Shown: positions 8,282 to 18,684, counted from the first letter of the stretch. The stretch is DNA of 64,000 bases from Minisyncoccota bacterium (GCA_035627655.1 DASPLI010000001.1:195355-259354), one strand, 5' to 3'. Notes: generated by a model not told the origin, from the sequence alone. Numbers and translations are program-made.

Positions 8282-10539
8282 ATGCCGTAGAAGTTACGGA
8301 ACTTTGCCCGCTCACCATTACCAAGGTTACTCAAATGAGTCTCAAGTGCGCGGCGCCGTGGATCGCCCGGAGGCCTATTTGCAATTGATCGAACATGGTT
8401 AACCACTGTCTGTTTCGGTGGTCCCGTAATCTGATCTTGAACCGCAACTTGTACAAAGTCTGCTGGCTTAAGGCTCGGCAAGACATTCTGATGCGCAAGC
8501 GTTGACGCTGGAAGCTTAGCGCGTGAAGTGGGTGACATTTGTGCCAAGGTTGCAGCAGCTGCTTGTGGCGAGCCAAAGCGCCCACCCTGCTCAGTACCAG
8601 TTCGCAGATTCTTAAGTTTTTGTACGGTACCGCCGCCAAAGTCTGGGTGCTTGATGATTTCTGCAAATTGATCATCGCTGACCATATGCATGAGCTGGTT
8701 ACGTGTATCTGGCTTATCGAGCAGGCCAGCGCTGACAAGGTCTTCGACATCTTTCTCACGGATCGCTTTAGCATTACCGTCTCTGACCAGTCTCCTAATG
8801 CCGCCGTAGCGTTCCTTCTTCATGACTTCCTTCGCCGCCCCGTTCAGCTCCTTGTCTTCCATAAGACTCTTGAACTTCGACGACTTCATGAGAGTTGCGG
8901 CCTGCTTGAGATCGGACTCACTTGCCTTGCCGAGCGTTGCGCGCAGTTCGTCAGGCTTCATCTTGCGTAGTGCAACCTCAAGTTTGTCAGAATCACCGTC
9001 TCGAGCATCGCTAAAGGCCTTGCGAAGTTCAAGTCGGTTCTCAACTGACTCCATGCGCTCTCCGTGTTCGGCGCGACTTTCAGCACCCACGTTATCGCGG
9101 ATGTTCTGCCACAGGGTCTTCCCTTCCTGGGCCTTATCAAGGCGACGCATTTCTTCTCGGCGCGACTTGCTTTCCGCTGCACGCTTCGAGTAGCTGTCCA
9201 TGCCCGTACCTGGAACCGTAATATTCTGCGCACCCTGGAGCGTGCCGCGTATCGCGCTATCAACTGCGCTGCCGCCTGCCGCGCCAACCAAGAAGCGAAG
9301 CGGTGCCGGCGTAACTCGACGCCAGAAGCGGGACTGTTGGTTGTACACCTTGCCCATCGCATTTGCGCCAGCACCAAGCGGATAGAGCACCGGACTTGCT
9401 GAAGCGGTGCCGATAAACTTCATCGCGCGGCTTACAACGGCCTGTGAGCCAAAGAGACTTAGATAGTTTGCTGCCTGGAGCGCGGCAAGCATGAAACCGA
9501 CGGTGACGGCGAACATGACGAAGATAGAACCAACATTCGCATTGGTGTTGGTGAGCACCTGGAGAATGTTCTGGTCGCCGACGAAGCTGGCGCGAAGACC
9601 ATCGGAAATCTTGAGACCGATCAATATAAGAAGCACGAATACCGGCGCGAAAGCCGCGTTCTGTATCAGTTTCTTCCACCAGGTTTCAGAAAAGCCCTGA
9701 AGGCCTGGAATCGCCGCTCCGGCAAGGCCAATCGGTGACGTGATCATGAGCAGCATGAGCGCGATAGCGCGCGAGATGAGCATGATGGCGCCTGCGACCA
9801 GTACGCCGATCATGACGATCACGAACACGAGAAGCGCGAACGCAAGCACAATTCCCTTCATTTCTCGTCCTTGCAGCGCTCCGAAGAACTCAGCAACGCT
9901 CTGATCCCCGTTGAGCATTCCTGAAAGGCCGCTCGTTTGGAAAACTGCCGCCGCAATTCCCTGGTCCTGACAGGTCTCGGTGTTCGTTGAGTTTGAACAG
10001 TCGACATTCGTTGCCTGTTCGTAGACGGTTGAGCCGAGTGCGTTTGCAACATCGATAACCGCCTCTGCAGCAAAGAGGCTGAAGTTCAACAGCACCGCAA
10101 AGATGATGAGTGTTGGGAGTGTCCTGCCGGCATCATGCTTGTCGACGCGAAGAATGGTCTGAATGCCGATGTAGATGAAGCCAAAGAGGAGCGCCATGTT
10201 CGCAAGGTCGCGAAGAATGCCCCAGGCAAGCAAGAGGCCGCTTGAGTTGCCGAAGTAATCGGAAAAGCGGAAGACGGTGACATTCACCACCCAGTTGAAG
10301 AACATGCCGATCCAGCCCAAGAGGAAGTTGAATGCTTCGACAAACAACAGCAAAAGTCCCGCAACCAACCCGGCAAGTCCGGCCCCCAGAGCGTTCATGA
10401 TTTCCTGCCCTACGTCGATTGCGTGCGCAGCAGGAGAGAACGCCGTCATGCCGACGATAACAAAAAGAAGCAGCACTCCGCTCTTAAGGAGCGTGCCGCG
10501 CGCAAGGGAACGTTTCGCTATATGCCAAAGGGACTGCAT
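8278..10539 (-). CDS. VirB6/TrbL-like polytopic membrane protein with long C-terminal domain
   Basis: WGILRDLAN, VLLNFSLF, R..ALMLLMITSPIGL, WWKKLIQNAAFAP; many TM helices plus about 350 aa charged tail. Confidence 0.75.
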   Translation of the reverse strand: MQSLWHIAKRSLARGTLLKSGVLLLFVIVGMTAFSPAAHAIDVGQEIMNALGAGLAGLVAGLLLLFVEAFNFLLGWIGMFFNWVVNVTVFRFSDYFGNSSGLLLAWGILRDLANMALLFGFIYIGIQTILRVDKHDAGRTLPTLIIFAVLLNFSLFAAEAVIDVANALGSTVYEQATNVDCSNSTNTETCQDQGIAAAVFQTSGLSGMLNGDQSVAEFFGALQGREMKGIVLAFALLVFVIVMIGVLVAGAIMLISRAIALMLLMITSPIGLAGAAIPGLQGFSETWWKKLIQNAAFAPVFVLLILIGLKISDGLRASFVGDQNILQVLTNTNANVGSIFVMFAVTVGFMLAALQAANYLSLFGSQAVVSRAMKFIGTASASPVLYPLGAGANAMGKVYNQQSRFWRRVTPAPLRFLVGAAGGSAVDSAIRGTLQGAQNITVPGTGMDSYSKRAAESKSRREEMRRLDKAQEGKTLWQNIRDNVGAESRAEHGERMESVENRLELRKAFSDARDGDSDKLEVALRKMKPDELRATLGKASESDLKQAATLMKSSKFKSLMEDKELNGAAKEVMKKERYGGIRRLVRDGNAKAIREKDVEDLVSAGLLDKPDTRNQLMHMVSDDQFAEIIKHPDFGGGTVQKLKNLRTGTEQGGRFGSPQAAAATLAQMSPTSRAKLPASTLAHQNVLPSLKPADFVQVAVQDQITGPPKQTVVNHVRSIANRPPGDPRRRALETHLSNLGNGERAKFRNFYGI

Positions 10540-11981
10540 TGTCGTTGTAGCTGGTTCATCTCCATGACCAGGCTTGGCGAAGCGCCATCGGTATCAAAGT
10601 CTCGGCTCTCGTTTGCCGCCTCCGCTATCTCCTGTCCTGTTGGGAGGGAGTTCGAAGCGACAAACTGTTCGTATTCCTGGAATCCGATTCGTATCTGTTC
10701 AGTTGCGTTTGGACCGGTCGTGCTCAACTTTGCTTTTATTTCATTCAACCGAGTGATCGCTGCCTGACCCTTTGCAATTCCCGCGTCCGCCCGCGCGATC
10801 GCGTCTGCAATCTTTGCGTCGCGTGCGGCGTCTGCGCTCCTGCGGTCGCACATTTCCTTTGCGGCAAGCGCTGCGGAACGGATGGTCTGCCAGTCGCTCA
10901 CAAACTCTTCCAGGCGATTGATCTGTCCATTGATAATGTTGATGGTATTGCTTGCGACACTGGTACCCTGTCCGGCATTTCCTCCCGTCGCGTCATCAAG
11001 TGGCGAGGTGCCGCTATTACCGGGGCGTGAGGTGCCGGCAAGACCACCGTCTTCAAACATCTGATTCATCAACTGAGTCAGAAGACCGACGAGCACTTCA
11101 TCAAGCTCGTCCGCGCTGATCAAGGATTCAATATCGGCTCCTGTCACCTCGGTAAGTCGGTCAATTGCGATCGAACCGAGCGTCGTTGTCTCACAATCGG
11201 CAGAGCCGCCAGGAGGAGACTGAGTCAACTCCGTCTCCCCTTCTCCTTCTGCAGCGCCGCCAGTAGCCGGCTCTTCTGGTTCCGAGCATGGCGAGAACAA
11301 GCCGCGCGACCAATCAAGCTGTGTGCGGCGCGAGTCCTCTGCCGATCCAACGCGCCTGCCAAGCTCGCTTTCCGTGGTTCGAAATGCACCGAAGAAGTTG
11401 TTTTGACTATCACCCCATGCCGCTACCCAAGCACGCAGTCCGCCGCGATCCTGTCCGAACCCCTGGGTCAGGAACGCTTCAGCATCAATTGCTGTCTCAT
11501 CAAGCGTAAAGCGGTTATTTATGAAGAATGAGTTTTGTGCCGTGCGGCGGCGGTAGCTATCGCGAATACTATCGATCAAACGGTCGCGAAACGGCGAGGT
11601 GATAGCGCCCTCCGCACCAAGTTCCCCGAGAAAGTCGTCAGCAACTTGATCTGCCAGTAGCTGGAGATCGCGTCGGAGGTTGGTCACGAATGCTGGAGAG
11701 CCGTCAAAGCCCGAATTCATCCAGTTGATGGTGGTCTTTGCGACTGATTCGATAGCCCGCTGCGCGGCCATGCGCGCAAGTGGGTCGAGCACGAACTCCT
11801 TTACCGTAATCTGCTCGTCAAAGATCGCAGAAAGCGTGTTTTGAATAGTGTTTGCAAAGTCGGCAACGGCCCACTGCGCCTTCGCTTCGCGCGGAGCAAG
11901 TGCGCTTCCTGAAAGAACGAGCACAGCAAGAACGAGCGTCGCGGCGATTTTTCGCACGATGCTGTTTGGGTTGTTGTGCAT
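10518..11981 (-). CDS. Secreted hypothetical protein (possible T4SS surface component)
   Basis: Signal peptide ending AKA-Q; WMNSGFDGSPAFV motif; coiled-coil C-terminus. Confidence 0.6.
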   Translation of the reverse strand: MHNNPNSIVRKIAATLVLAVLVLSGSALAPREAKAQWAVADFANTIQNTLSAIFDEQITVKEFVLDPLARMAAQRAIESVAKTTINWMNSGFDGSPAFVTNLRRDLQLLADQVADDFLGELGAEGAITSPFRDRLIDSIRDSYRRRTAQNSFFINNRFTLDETAIDAEAFLTQGFGQDRGGLRAWVAAWGDSQNNFFGAFRTTESELGRRVGSAEDSRRTQLDWSRGLFSPCSEPEEPATGGAAEGEGETELTQSPPGGSADCETTTLGSIAIDRLTEVTGADIESLISADELDEVLVGLLTQLMNQMFEDGGLAGTSRPGNSGTSPLDDATGGNAGQGTSVASNTINIINGQINRLEEFVSDWQTIRSAALAAKEMCDRRSADAARDAKIADAIARADAGIAKGQAAITRLNEIKAKLSTTGPNATEQIRIGFQEYEQFVASNSLPTGQEIAEAANESRDFDTDGASPSLVMEMNQLQRQCSPFGI

Positions 11982-11983
11982 GG

Positions 11984-12979
11984 CTACTCAGGTAGAGCGG
12001 CTGTTCGCTCGATGATCACGTAGAACTGGTAGCCCGGTTCCCCTTCCTGTAGCTGAATGCCCGCAGCCTGCAAGCTCGGGTACAAGCCAGCAAATGCTGC
12101 TGCCATATCGCGGGTAGCTTCCGTATAGGCGTCAAAGCCCACGAAGCCGCGCAGCGGGTCGGTATCAAACGTACCCATGTCACCGATGGTTGCGCCAACC
12201 GTTGCAACGGCGTTTACCATTGCGAGATGTTCTGATGAGATGCTTTGCGGTACTGCAACGCGCGACAATGCAAGCGCAATACGCTCGTATGCCTTCGCGG
12301 ATGCACGCACAGCAGCAAGCGCCGCCGCATCGTCTTTCTGGACCGCATCGGCAAAACTGTAGAGTTCGCTTCGCGCGCCCATCAGCGAGTTGGCGTTGAT
12401 CGCCGCTTCTCCAGCAATCAGGTAAGTCGTGAGCGCCTCAGTGCTATCGGGCACAATCGTCAGTTCCTCGTCGGCATACAAAGCGGCACGGGTCGCCTCA
12501 AGATCGTCGATCGCTTCCTGAATAAAGGCGAGCATAGCCTCTTCGGTCGGCGCCTCCGGACCGCGAGACGTGAGATAGGAACCGAAGAAGTCGCGAGCGA
12601 ATCGACCGGTCATCGTTTCCGGCTTTGCGTCGACTCCCGGAAGATCAAAATCCGTAGAGGGTTCGGGTTTTTCAGATTCAAACCGCGGTTTTATCAACCC
12701 TGCCTCGACCGCTGCCTTGTCGGTCATGCTCGGATCAATAGAGTGCGGATTGCGAGGATCGGAACCGTAGAGGTCTTCCTGCCAGTCAGGGAGCAGGTCG
12801 GCATCGGTGTCTTTGGTTGCGTAGGCGCGAAGCAGCTCTTCCGTTGAGGTTGCACTTGCTGTTGGGAAGCGTGCCGTGCCGGAGAGAAAGAAGGCAGTGA
12901 TGATGCAGAAAGCCGCTATAGCGAGCGAAATAAGGATGCTGACTCTCCGGGTAGAAAACTGCATACTAGTCAAGGACAT
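11984..12979 (-). CDS. Membrane-anchored protein with a thrombospondin type-3-like Ca-binding repeat
   Basis: N-terminal TM helix; DTDADLLPDWQEDLYGSDP. Confidence 0.65.
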   Translation of the reverse strand: MSLTSMQFSTRRVSILISLAIAAFCIITAFFLSGTARFPTASATSTEELLRAYATKDTDADLLPDWQEDLYGSDPRNPHSIDPSMTDKAAVEAGLIKPRFESEKPEPSTDFDLPGVDAKPETMTGRFARDFFGSYLTSRGPEAPTEEAMLAFIQEAIDDLEATRAALYADEELTIVPDSTEALTTYLIAGEAAINANSLMGARSELYSFADAVQKDDAAALAAVRASAKAYERIALALSRVAVPQSISSEHLAMVNAVATVGATIGDMGTFDTDPLRGFVGFDAYTEATRDMAAAFAGLYPSLQAAGIQLQEGEPGYQFYVIIERTAALPE

Positions 12980-13018
12980 ACTAGCATGTGCTTCACACTC
13001 CTCTCACCTATCTGTGCA

Positions 13019-13798
13019 TTAGTTTTTGAGCATTTGCGCGAGTAATCGCCACGTTTCTATAGAAAGGTCTTCAGCTCGAGCTTTTTCCTTTATTTGTGCG
13101 CGGGCAAACGCAGCAAGGAGCGCGGTTCGGGACGCCACCTCTTCCAAATTCTTCATGAGGAGTTTCCGCTTATGAGCAAATCCAGCTCGTAAAACCTTGA
13201 AAAACCATTCTTCTGCTTCATGATCGGGAAAGGCGTCATCATGAACATCCTGCACCGAAAGTACAGCTGAATCGACCTTTGGTGCCGGTCGAAACGCGCC
13301 CCGGGGAACGGTGAACTGATAGCGGGGCGTTCCATATGCCTTGATGGCAAGTGACAACAGGCTCTCTTTCTTACTTCGTGCGATACGTATCGCCACCTCC
13401 TTTTGGATAAGAAAGGTCAACGAACGGGGTTTGTGCGTTGCCGTGAGGAACTGGCGAAAGAGCTCTCCGGTTATGTAGTACGGAATATTTGCGACGAGAT
13501 GGTACGGCTCCCCGATAGAGGCGGGGTCAAAGGTGCGGACGTCTCCCGCGATCAGTTCGAGACGTCCAGACGTTAGTTCGGGGGCAAAGGCCGCCTGAAG
13601 TACCGGTATAAGATCCTGATCCGCCTCAACGGCAATTACCCGGCGCGCCTTCTGCAACAGCGCGCGTGTCAAAAGCCCGGTACCCGGGCCAATTTCAAGT
13701 ACAGTATCGCGCTCCCCTACGCCGGACGCCGCAACAATCCGTTCGGCGGTAGCGGCATGCATAAGGAAGTTCTGTCCGAGCGATTGCTTTGCACGCAT
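13019..13798 (-). CDS. rsmA: 16S rRNA m6,2A dimethyltransferase RsmA/KsgA
   Basis: KQSLGQNFL, VLEIGPGTG, ANIPYYIT, FRPAPKVDSAV; start set at ATG 13798. Confidence 0.96.
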   Translation of the reverse strand: MRAKQSLGQNFLMHAATAERIVAASGVGERDTVLEIGPGTGLLTRALLQKARRVIAVEADQDLIPVLQAAFAPELTSGRLELIAGDVRTFDPASIGEPYHLVANIPYYITGELFRQFLTATHKPRSLTFLIQKEVAIRIARSKKESLLSLAIKAYGTPRYQFTVPRGAFRPAPKVDSAVLSVQDVHDDAFPDHEAEEWFFKVLRAGFAHKRKLLMKNLEEVASRTALLAAFARAQIKEKARAEDLSIETWRLLAQMLKN

Positions 13799-13844
13799 AG
13801 CACAGGTGTAGCATGTTTGTGCCACTCGGTATACTACAAGGATC

Positions 13845-15470
13845 ATGCTTGAAGCCGTACTTGCTGCCATGGAGCGCACGAAGCTCACGGTCGCCAGTAT
13901 TCTCGTCGGCGTCGGTCTCGTCTCCTTCATACGCTCCATGCTTGAAGCGCTCGAAGCGCCGACGACGACCGGCTATTTTCCGCTCGACCCGTTTACGCTC
14001 GTACATTATTTCCTGTTCTATCTAGCAGCGTACCTGCTGCTTGCGCTGGTGCTTACCTCCTTCGTCGAGAAACGTAACGCAGCTGCCGCTGCACTTCTCG
14101 CAGGGTTGCCGCTTCTTTGGCTGCCGCCCATCATTGATTTTGTCGTTTCTGGCGGCTCGGGATTCCGCATGACGTATCTGTTCGTCGAGCCGGCACAGCT
14201 TTTGCTGGCGTTCCTTACCTTTGGCGGACCGCTTTCTGATACCGGAGTAACCATCGGCATACGTGTTGAGTTTGTACTTGCTCTACTTTTTGTCGGCTAC
14301 TACGTGTACCGCGCAACGCGGAGCATTGCCCGAGGCCTCGTGGCAGCGGTAAGCGCATATATCGTTATGTTCGCGCTCGTCGCGCTCCCGAGCATTCTGT
14401 ATGGCGTATATCTGCTTCTGCCTGGCGCAGCAAGCATCGGACCCGTCGCGTTTCTTGCCGAAGCCTTACGGTCATCTGCCGTTGATACAAACGCGCTTCC
14501 AGCCGTGTTTGCGACAACAACAGCGCTTGTGGCCTTTGAACTTGGCTTTAATAAGGTGCTTTCTCTTCTGTGCGCAGTGTTGATTGCTGTTGCCGCTCCC
14601 CTGCTCGCGCTTCGTCTTGCGCCTGGAGCTGTTGGAGCGCATTTCGCGAACTCTCGTCCTACGCGCGTCCTTAACTACGTGGCGCTGCTTGCCATCGGGG
14701 CGCTCGCTGCGCTTAAGGCGGGAGTCCTTCCTGGTTGGCTCGACGTGTTTGCTGGGCTCGTGCTGGTCCTTTCTTGGTATGCAGCATGGATGTTTGCGGT
14801 GTGCGTCAACGACATTGCGGACGAAGACATTGATCGCATCTCAAGTCCGGAACGTCCACTTATTTCAAATACGCTTTCGCGAGCGTCTCTGAACGAGAGC
14901 GGCTATGCGTTTCTTACTTTCTCGCTCCTTGGCGCGTGGAGTGTCGGTTACTACCCCTTTATCTTCTTACTCGCTTTTACCGCTGCGTATTACGTGTACT
15001 CCGCTCCGCCGTTGCGATTGAAGCGCGTTCCCGGGCTCGCTTCTGCATTGATCGCGCTCGCTTCCCTCTTCACTGTGCTTGCTGGCTGGTTCTTGCTTGC
15101 GACCGGACCGCATGACGTACTTTCCCCGCTTGTATTTGCCGGCTTCGTCATTTGCTTTGCGCTTGGAGTAAACGTGCGCGACCTAAAGGATATCGACGGG
15201 GACGCAGCCGCAGGAATCGCGACCTTACCTACCATTATTAGTAAGCGCTTCGGCCGTCAGGCGGCGTTCCATATAACGGGAGCGGTGCTAGCCCTCGCAT
15301 TCTTGCTGACACCGCTCTTCTTTCCGGTACGAAACCTGCTCTTAGCAGCGGTTCCTGTTGCGGTCTTTGCGTATCTCGCCTGTATACGAAAACCCTACCA
15401 AGAACACCTGGTAGCGTTGGTCTGCTTCATTTTCTTCATTAGCTCCCTCTTCTTGTATATCGACGGCTAG
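13845..15470 (+). CDS. UbiA-family prenyltransferase with extra N-terminal membrane domain
   Basis: Asp-rich motifs NDIADEDIDRIS..RP and RDLKDIDGD; YSAPPLRLKR. Confidence 0.85.
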   Translation: MLEAVLAAMERTKLTVASILVGVGLVSFIRSMLEALEAPTTTGYFPLDPFTLVHYFLFYLAAYLLLALVLTSFVEKRNAAAAALLAGLPLLWLPPIIDFVVSGGSGFRMTYLFVEPAQLLLAFLTFGGPLSDTGVTIGIRVEFVLALLFVGYYVYRATRSIARGLVAAVSAYIVMFALVALPSILYGVYLLLPGAASIGPVAFLAEALRSSAVDTNALPAVFATTTALVAFELGFNKVLSLLCAVLIAVAAPLLALRLAPGAVGAHFANSRPTRVLNYVALLAIGALAALKAGVLPGWLDVFAGLVLVLSWYAAWMFAVCVNDIADEDIDRISSPERPLISNTLSRASLNESGYAFLTFSLLGAWSVGYYPFIFLLAFTAAYYVYSAPPLRLKRVPGLASALIALASLFTVLAGWFLLATGPHDVLSPLVFAGFVICFALGVNVRDLKDIDGDAAAGIATLPTIISKRFGRQAAFHITGAVLALAFLLTPLFFPVRNLLLAAVPVAVFAYLACIRKPYQEHLVALVCFIFFISSLFLYIDG

Positions 15471-17392
15471 GCCTCAATCACATCCTCTTCCTCGACGGGG
15501 TGTGCGTACGCAATGAGGGAGGCGTCTATATCGCGAAGGAATTGCGATGGTTCCTGCAGGTAGTCAGTGCCGTAGATGCGTCGTATGCGTGCGAAGGTGA
15601 GGTAAAGGCGATCCTTTGCGCGCGTCATGGCGACATAGAAGAGACGGCGCTCTTCTTCCTCGTCGCGCTCCTCTTCGTTCATTCCTTCGTGCGGGAAGAG
15701 TCCTTCTTCAAGGCCGGTAACGAAGACGGCATCAAACTCAAGTCCCTTGGCCGCATGCACGGTCATCAGGGTTACCCCTTTCGTGTCTTTCTTGCGATCA
15801 AGTTCGTCTTGGTCTCCGGCAAGCGCGGCGTCTGCAAGAAATGCCGCGATACCCTCTTGTCCCGGTGTTTCGTCATGTCGGCTTGCAAGCGTGGCAAGTT
15901 CTTTCGCGTTCTCCAGGCGTTCAAGATCGTCGTCGGCACCCTTTTCGTACGCGGCGCGCATGCCACTTGATTCAATGACAAGACGTACAAATTCAGATGG
16001 CGACAACGTCAGGGATGCTTGGTTGAGCGAAGCAACTACGGACTCAAATGCCTCAACCTTAGTGCGTTCGGCAGGCTTCAGCTCGTCGCGCTTCCCTGCC
16101 GTAAGTTTCCCGAGGGTTACTTTTCCAATGCCGCGAGCGGGCGCCTGGACTGCCCGGATGCGGTCTGCTTCGCGTGAGGGGTCCAGAGCAAGCCGCACCC
16201 AGGCGATGACGTCCTTTACTTCTTTGCGGTCGTAGAACTGTGTGCCCAACAGCCGATACGGCACGCGTTCCTGGAGAAACGCCTCTTCAAGCACGCGTGA
16301 CTGGAAGTTCGTTCGGTAGAGGACGGCGATGGATTCTGGCGCAAGGCCGGTGCGGATGAGGCGCGCCGCTTCGGTTGCTACAAAGCGCGCTTCCATTTCG
16401 GCGCTGTCTGCCATGTGGATGCGGATTGGCTCGCCATCATCATTATCCGTAACCGAACGCTTCTCTTTGCGGTTGCGGTTGAGTTCAATTATCTGGTTGG
16501 CCGCACTCACGATATTTTTCGTAGAACGGTAGTTGTGCTCGAGCACGATCGTCTTTGCAGTCGGGTAGGTGCGGTCAAACTCAAGAAGGTTGTCGATCGT
16601 TGCCCCACGCCACGTGTAAATAGTCTGATCGATGTCGCCCACCACGAACAAGTTCTTCCGCGTGCCGGCGAGAAGGTTTGCAAGCCGTCCTTGGAGTTCG
16701 TTGGTGTCTTGGTATTCGTCGATATGGATGTAATGGAATCGGTCCTCAACGTGCTTGCGTACCTCCTCGTTTGTTTCAAGTAGTCGGACGGGCAGTAAGA
16801 TGAGATCGTCAAAGTCGAGCGCCTTCTCTGCTTTGAGCACGGCGTCGTATTTGTCCCATACATCTGCGGCGACGCGCAGGCGGAAGCTTTCTCGAGCATG
16901 CCGTTCGCGAAACTCAACTAGCGTCTGCCCTTCCGATTTTGCTTTTGAAATGCGTGAAAGGATGGCGCGCGGCGGAACTTCTTTCGGATCGATACCGAGT
17001 TCCTTGAGTGCGTTTTTGACCGCCCGTTCCGAATCATCGCGATCGAAGATGGAAAAATGCCGCGGAACACCTATCGCGGTCCCGTAAGACTCGAGCAGTT
17101 CGCGTCCAAGTCCATGGAAGGTCGCCACAAAAGGCGTCGACCCCTTTTTCCAGACGGCGACGGTCTCACCAAGGCGCTTGGAGAGCCGTTCGCGCATCTC
17201 GCGGGCTGCCTTATTTGTAAACGTAACGGCTAAAATCTTCTCCGGCGCTACTCCTTCGCGGATGAGGTGGTAGATCCGGGTCGTGAGGACCCGGGTTTTA
17301 CCAGAACCGGCTCCCGCAAGTACCGAAATCGGGCCCTCTATCGCGAGAACTGCCTCTTTTTGCCGTTCGTTTAGACCTTCAAGGTGAATCAC
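15467..17392 (-). CDS. uvrD: UvrD/PcrA/Rep superfamily-1 helicase
   Basis: LNERQKEAV, AGAGSGKT, IDEYQDTN, TVHAAKGLEF, YVAMTRAK; GTG start 6 nt after TATAGT. Confidence 0.95.
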   Translation of the reverse strand: MIHLEGLNERQKEAVLAIEGPISVLAGAGSGKTRVLTTRIYHLIREGVAPEKILAVTFTNKAAREMRERLSKRLGETVAVWKKGSTPFVATFHGLGRELLESYGTAIGVPRHFSIFDRDDSERAVKNALKELGIDPKEVPPRAILSRISKAKSEGQTLVEFRERHARESFRLRVAADVWDKYDAVLKAEKALDFDDLILLPVRLLETNEEVRKHVEDRFHYIHIDEYQDTNELQGRLANLLAGTRKNLFVVGDIDQTIYTWRGATIDNLLEFDRTYPTAKTIVLEHNYRSTKNIVSAANQIIELNRNRKEKRSVTDNDDGEPIRIHMADSAEMEARFVATEAARLIRTGLAPESIAVLYRTNFQSRVLEEAFLQERVPYRLLGTQFYDRKEVKDVIAWVRLALDPSREADRIRAVQAPARGIGKVTLGKLTAGKRDELKPAERTKVEAFESVVASLNQASLTLSPSEFVRLVIESSGMRAAYEKGADDDLERLENAKELATLASRHDETPGQEGIAAFLADAALAGDQDELDRKKDTKGVTLMTVHAAKGLEFDAVFVTGLEEGLFPHEGMNEEERDEEEERRLFYVAMTRAKDRLYLTFARIRRIYGTDYLQEPSQFLRDIDASLIAYAHPVEEEDVIEA

Positions 17393-17544
17393 CCCGAAAC
17401 TATAGCGCGAAACCAGGCATATCGCATAAAACGGCTTACCTAAGCCATATTTTAGCGCTATCAACATCTTCATAGAACTCCCATTGACCCCACCCGACCC
17501 CACGGTATACTCCCTGGGTCGGAAGAAATGCCAGAAACGCACGG

Positions 17545-18684
17545 GTGGCTCACAGGAGCCACTTTGTACTCGGAAGAAACGCCAGAAACACCCTTCACCT
17601 TCTTATCTTCGATTCCAAACAGACCCCGAAGTCCCGCGCCCATGGCGGATTCCGGGATACATACTGGGCGATTCTCGCGGTAACCATCGCGGGCATTGCT
17701 GTTACGGTCGTCTTCAGCGCCTTCCCCATTCCAGTCGGGGCGTTTTGGCCGTTTACGACGACGCGTGCCGCTGAAGAGGTTGAACCCGTCCTCCACGACA
17801 GCTCCCTCGCCCTCCTTGATCCTGCAACTAACCCTGATCCGAATCCGGCCAAGGGCGGCCTTCGCCTTGCTACGACGGAGAACTCCGCCCTCATTGCAGG
17901 CGCAAGTATCGAGGGCACTCTCCCCTCTTCTGCCTCGGTGGTTGGTGGTGGCGGGGGTGCGATTTCCCTCTACGAGGTTCGCGAAGGCGATTCCCTTTCA
18001 GATATTGCTGAAATGTTCGGCGTATCCGTAAACACCATTCTTTGGGCAAACGACCTTAAGAGTGCTTCCGATATTCACCCGGGCGATAACCTCCTCATCC
18101 TCCCGGTCTCAGGCGTGCAGCATAAGGTTGCGAAGGGTGATACGCTCGCGAAGATCGCAAAGAAGTACGATGCTGATCTTGAGGAAGTCGCGATCTATAA
18201 CGGTCTTGATACCGATGTAGCGCTTGCTGTTGGCGAGACGATTATCGTGCCGGGCGGAGACCACGTTGTTACCACCAAGTCTTCTACCTCTACCAAGAAG
18301 AGCAGTACCACTGCAAAGGCACTTCCGGCAGTCTCTGGCTACTTCGGCAACCCGGTTCCAGGCGGCCGCCTCACGCAGGGCGTGCACGGCAATAACGGTG
18401 TCGATATTGGCGCACCGTCTGGCACTCCTATTTATGCTTCAGCAAGCGGTACGATTATCGTTGCGAAGTCTGGCGGCGGATATAACGGCGGTTACGGAAA
18501 CTACATTGTTATTTCCCACGACAACGGTACGCAGACGCTCTACGCTCACATGTCCGGCCTTGCGGTGTCTGGTGGCGCAGTCGCAAAGGGTGATCTTATC
18601 GGCTACGTCGGCAACACCGGACGCTCGACGGGTAATCACCTCCACTTTGAGGTACGCGGTGCGCGAAACCCATTCGCAAACTAA
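17545..18684 (+). CDS. M23 metallopeptidase with two LysM domains
   Basis: LysM repeats YEVREGDSL and HKVAKGDTL; M23 HGNNGVD, YAHM, GRSTGNHLHFEV. Start uncertain. Confidence 0.92.
   Translation: MAHRSHFVLGRNARNTLHLLIFDSKQTPKSRAHGGFRDTYWAILAVTIAGIAVTVVFSAFPIPVGAFWPFTTTRAAEEVEPVLHDSSLALLDPATNPDPNPAKGGLRLATTENSALIAGASIEGTLPSSASVVGGGGGAISLYEVREGDSLSDIAEMFGVSVNTILWANDLKSASDIHPGDNLLILPVSGVQHKVAKGDTLAKIAKKYDADLEEVAIYNGLDTDVALAVGETIIVPGGDHVVTTKSSTSTKKSSTTAKALPAVSGYFGNPVPGGRLTQGVHGNNGVDIGAPSGTPIYASASGTIIVAKSGGGYNGGYGNYIVISHDNGTQTLYAHMSGLAVSGGAVAKGDLIGYVGNTGRSTGNHLHFEVRGARNPFAN

Noticed and set aside
4517-10539. Integrative conjugative element
   Set aside because: No relaxase, coupling protein, integrase or att repeats; the genes carry host-core expression signals and housekeeping flanks.
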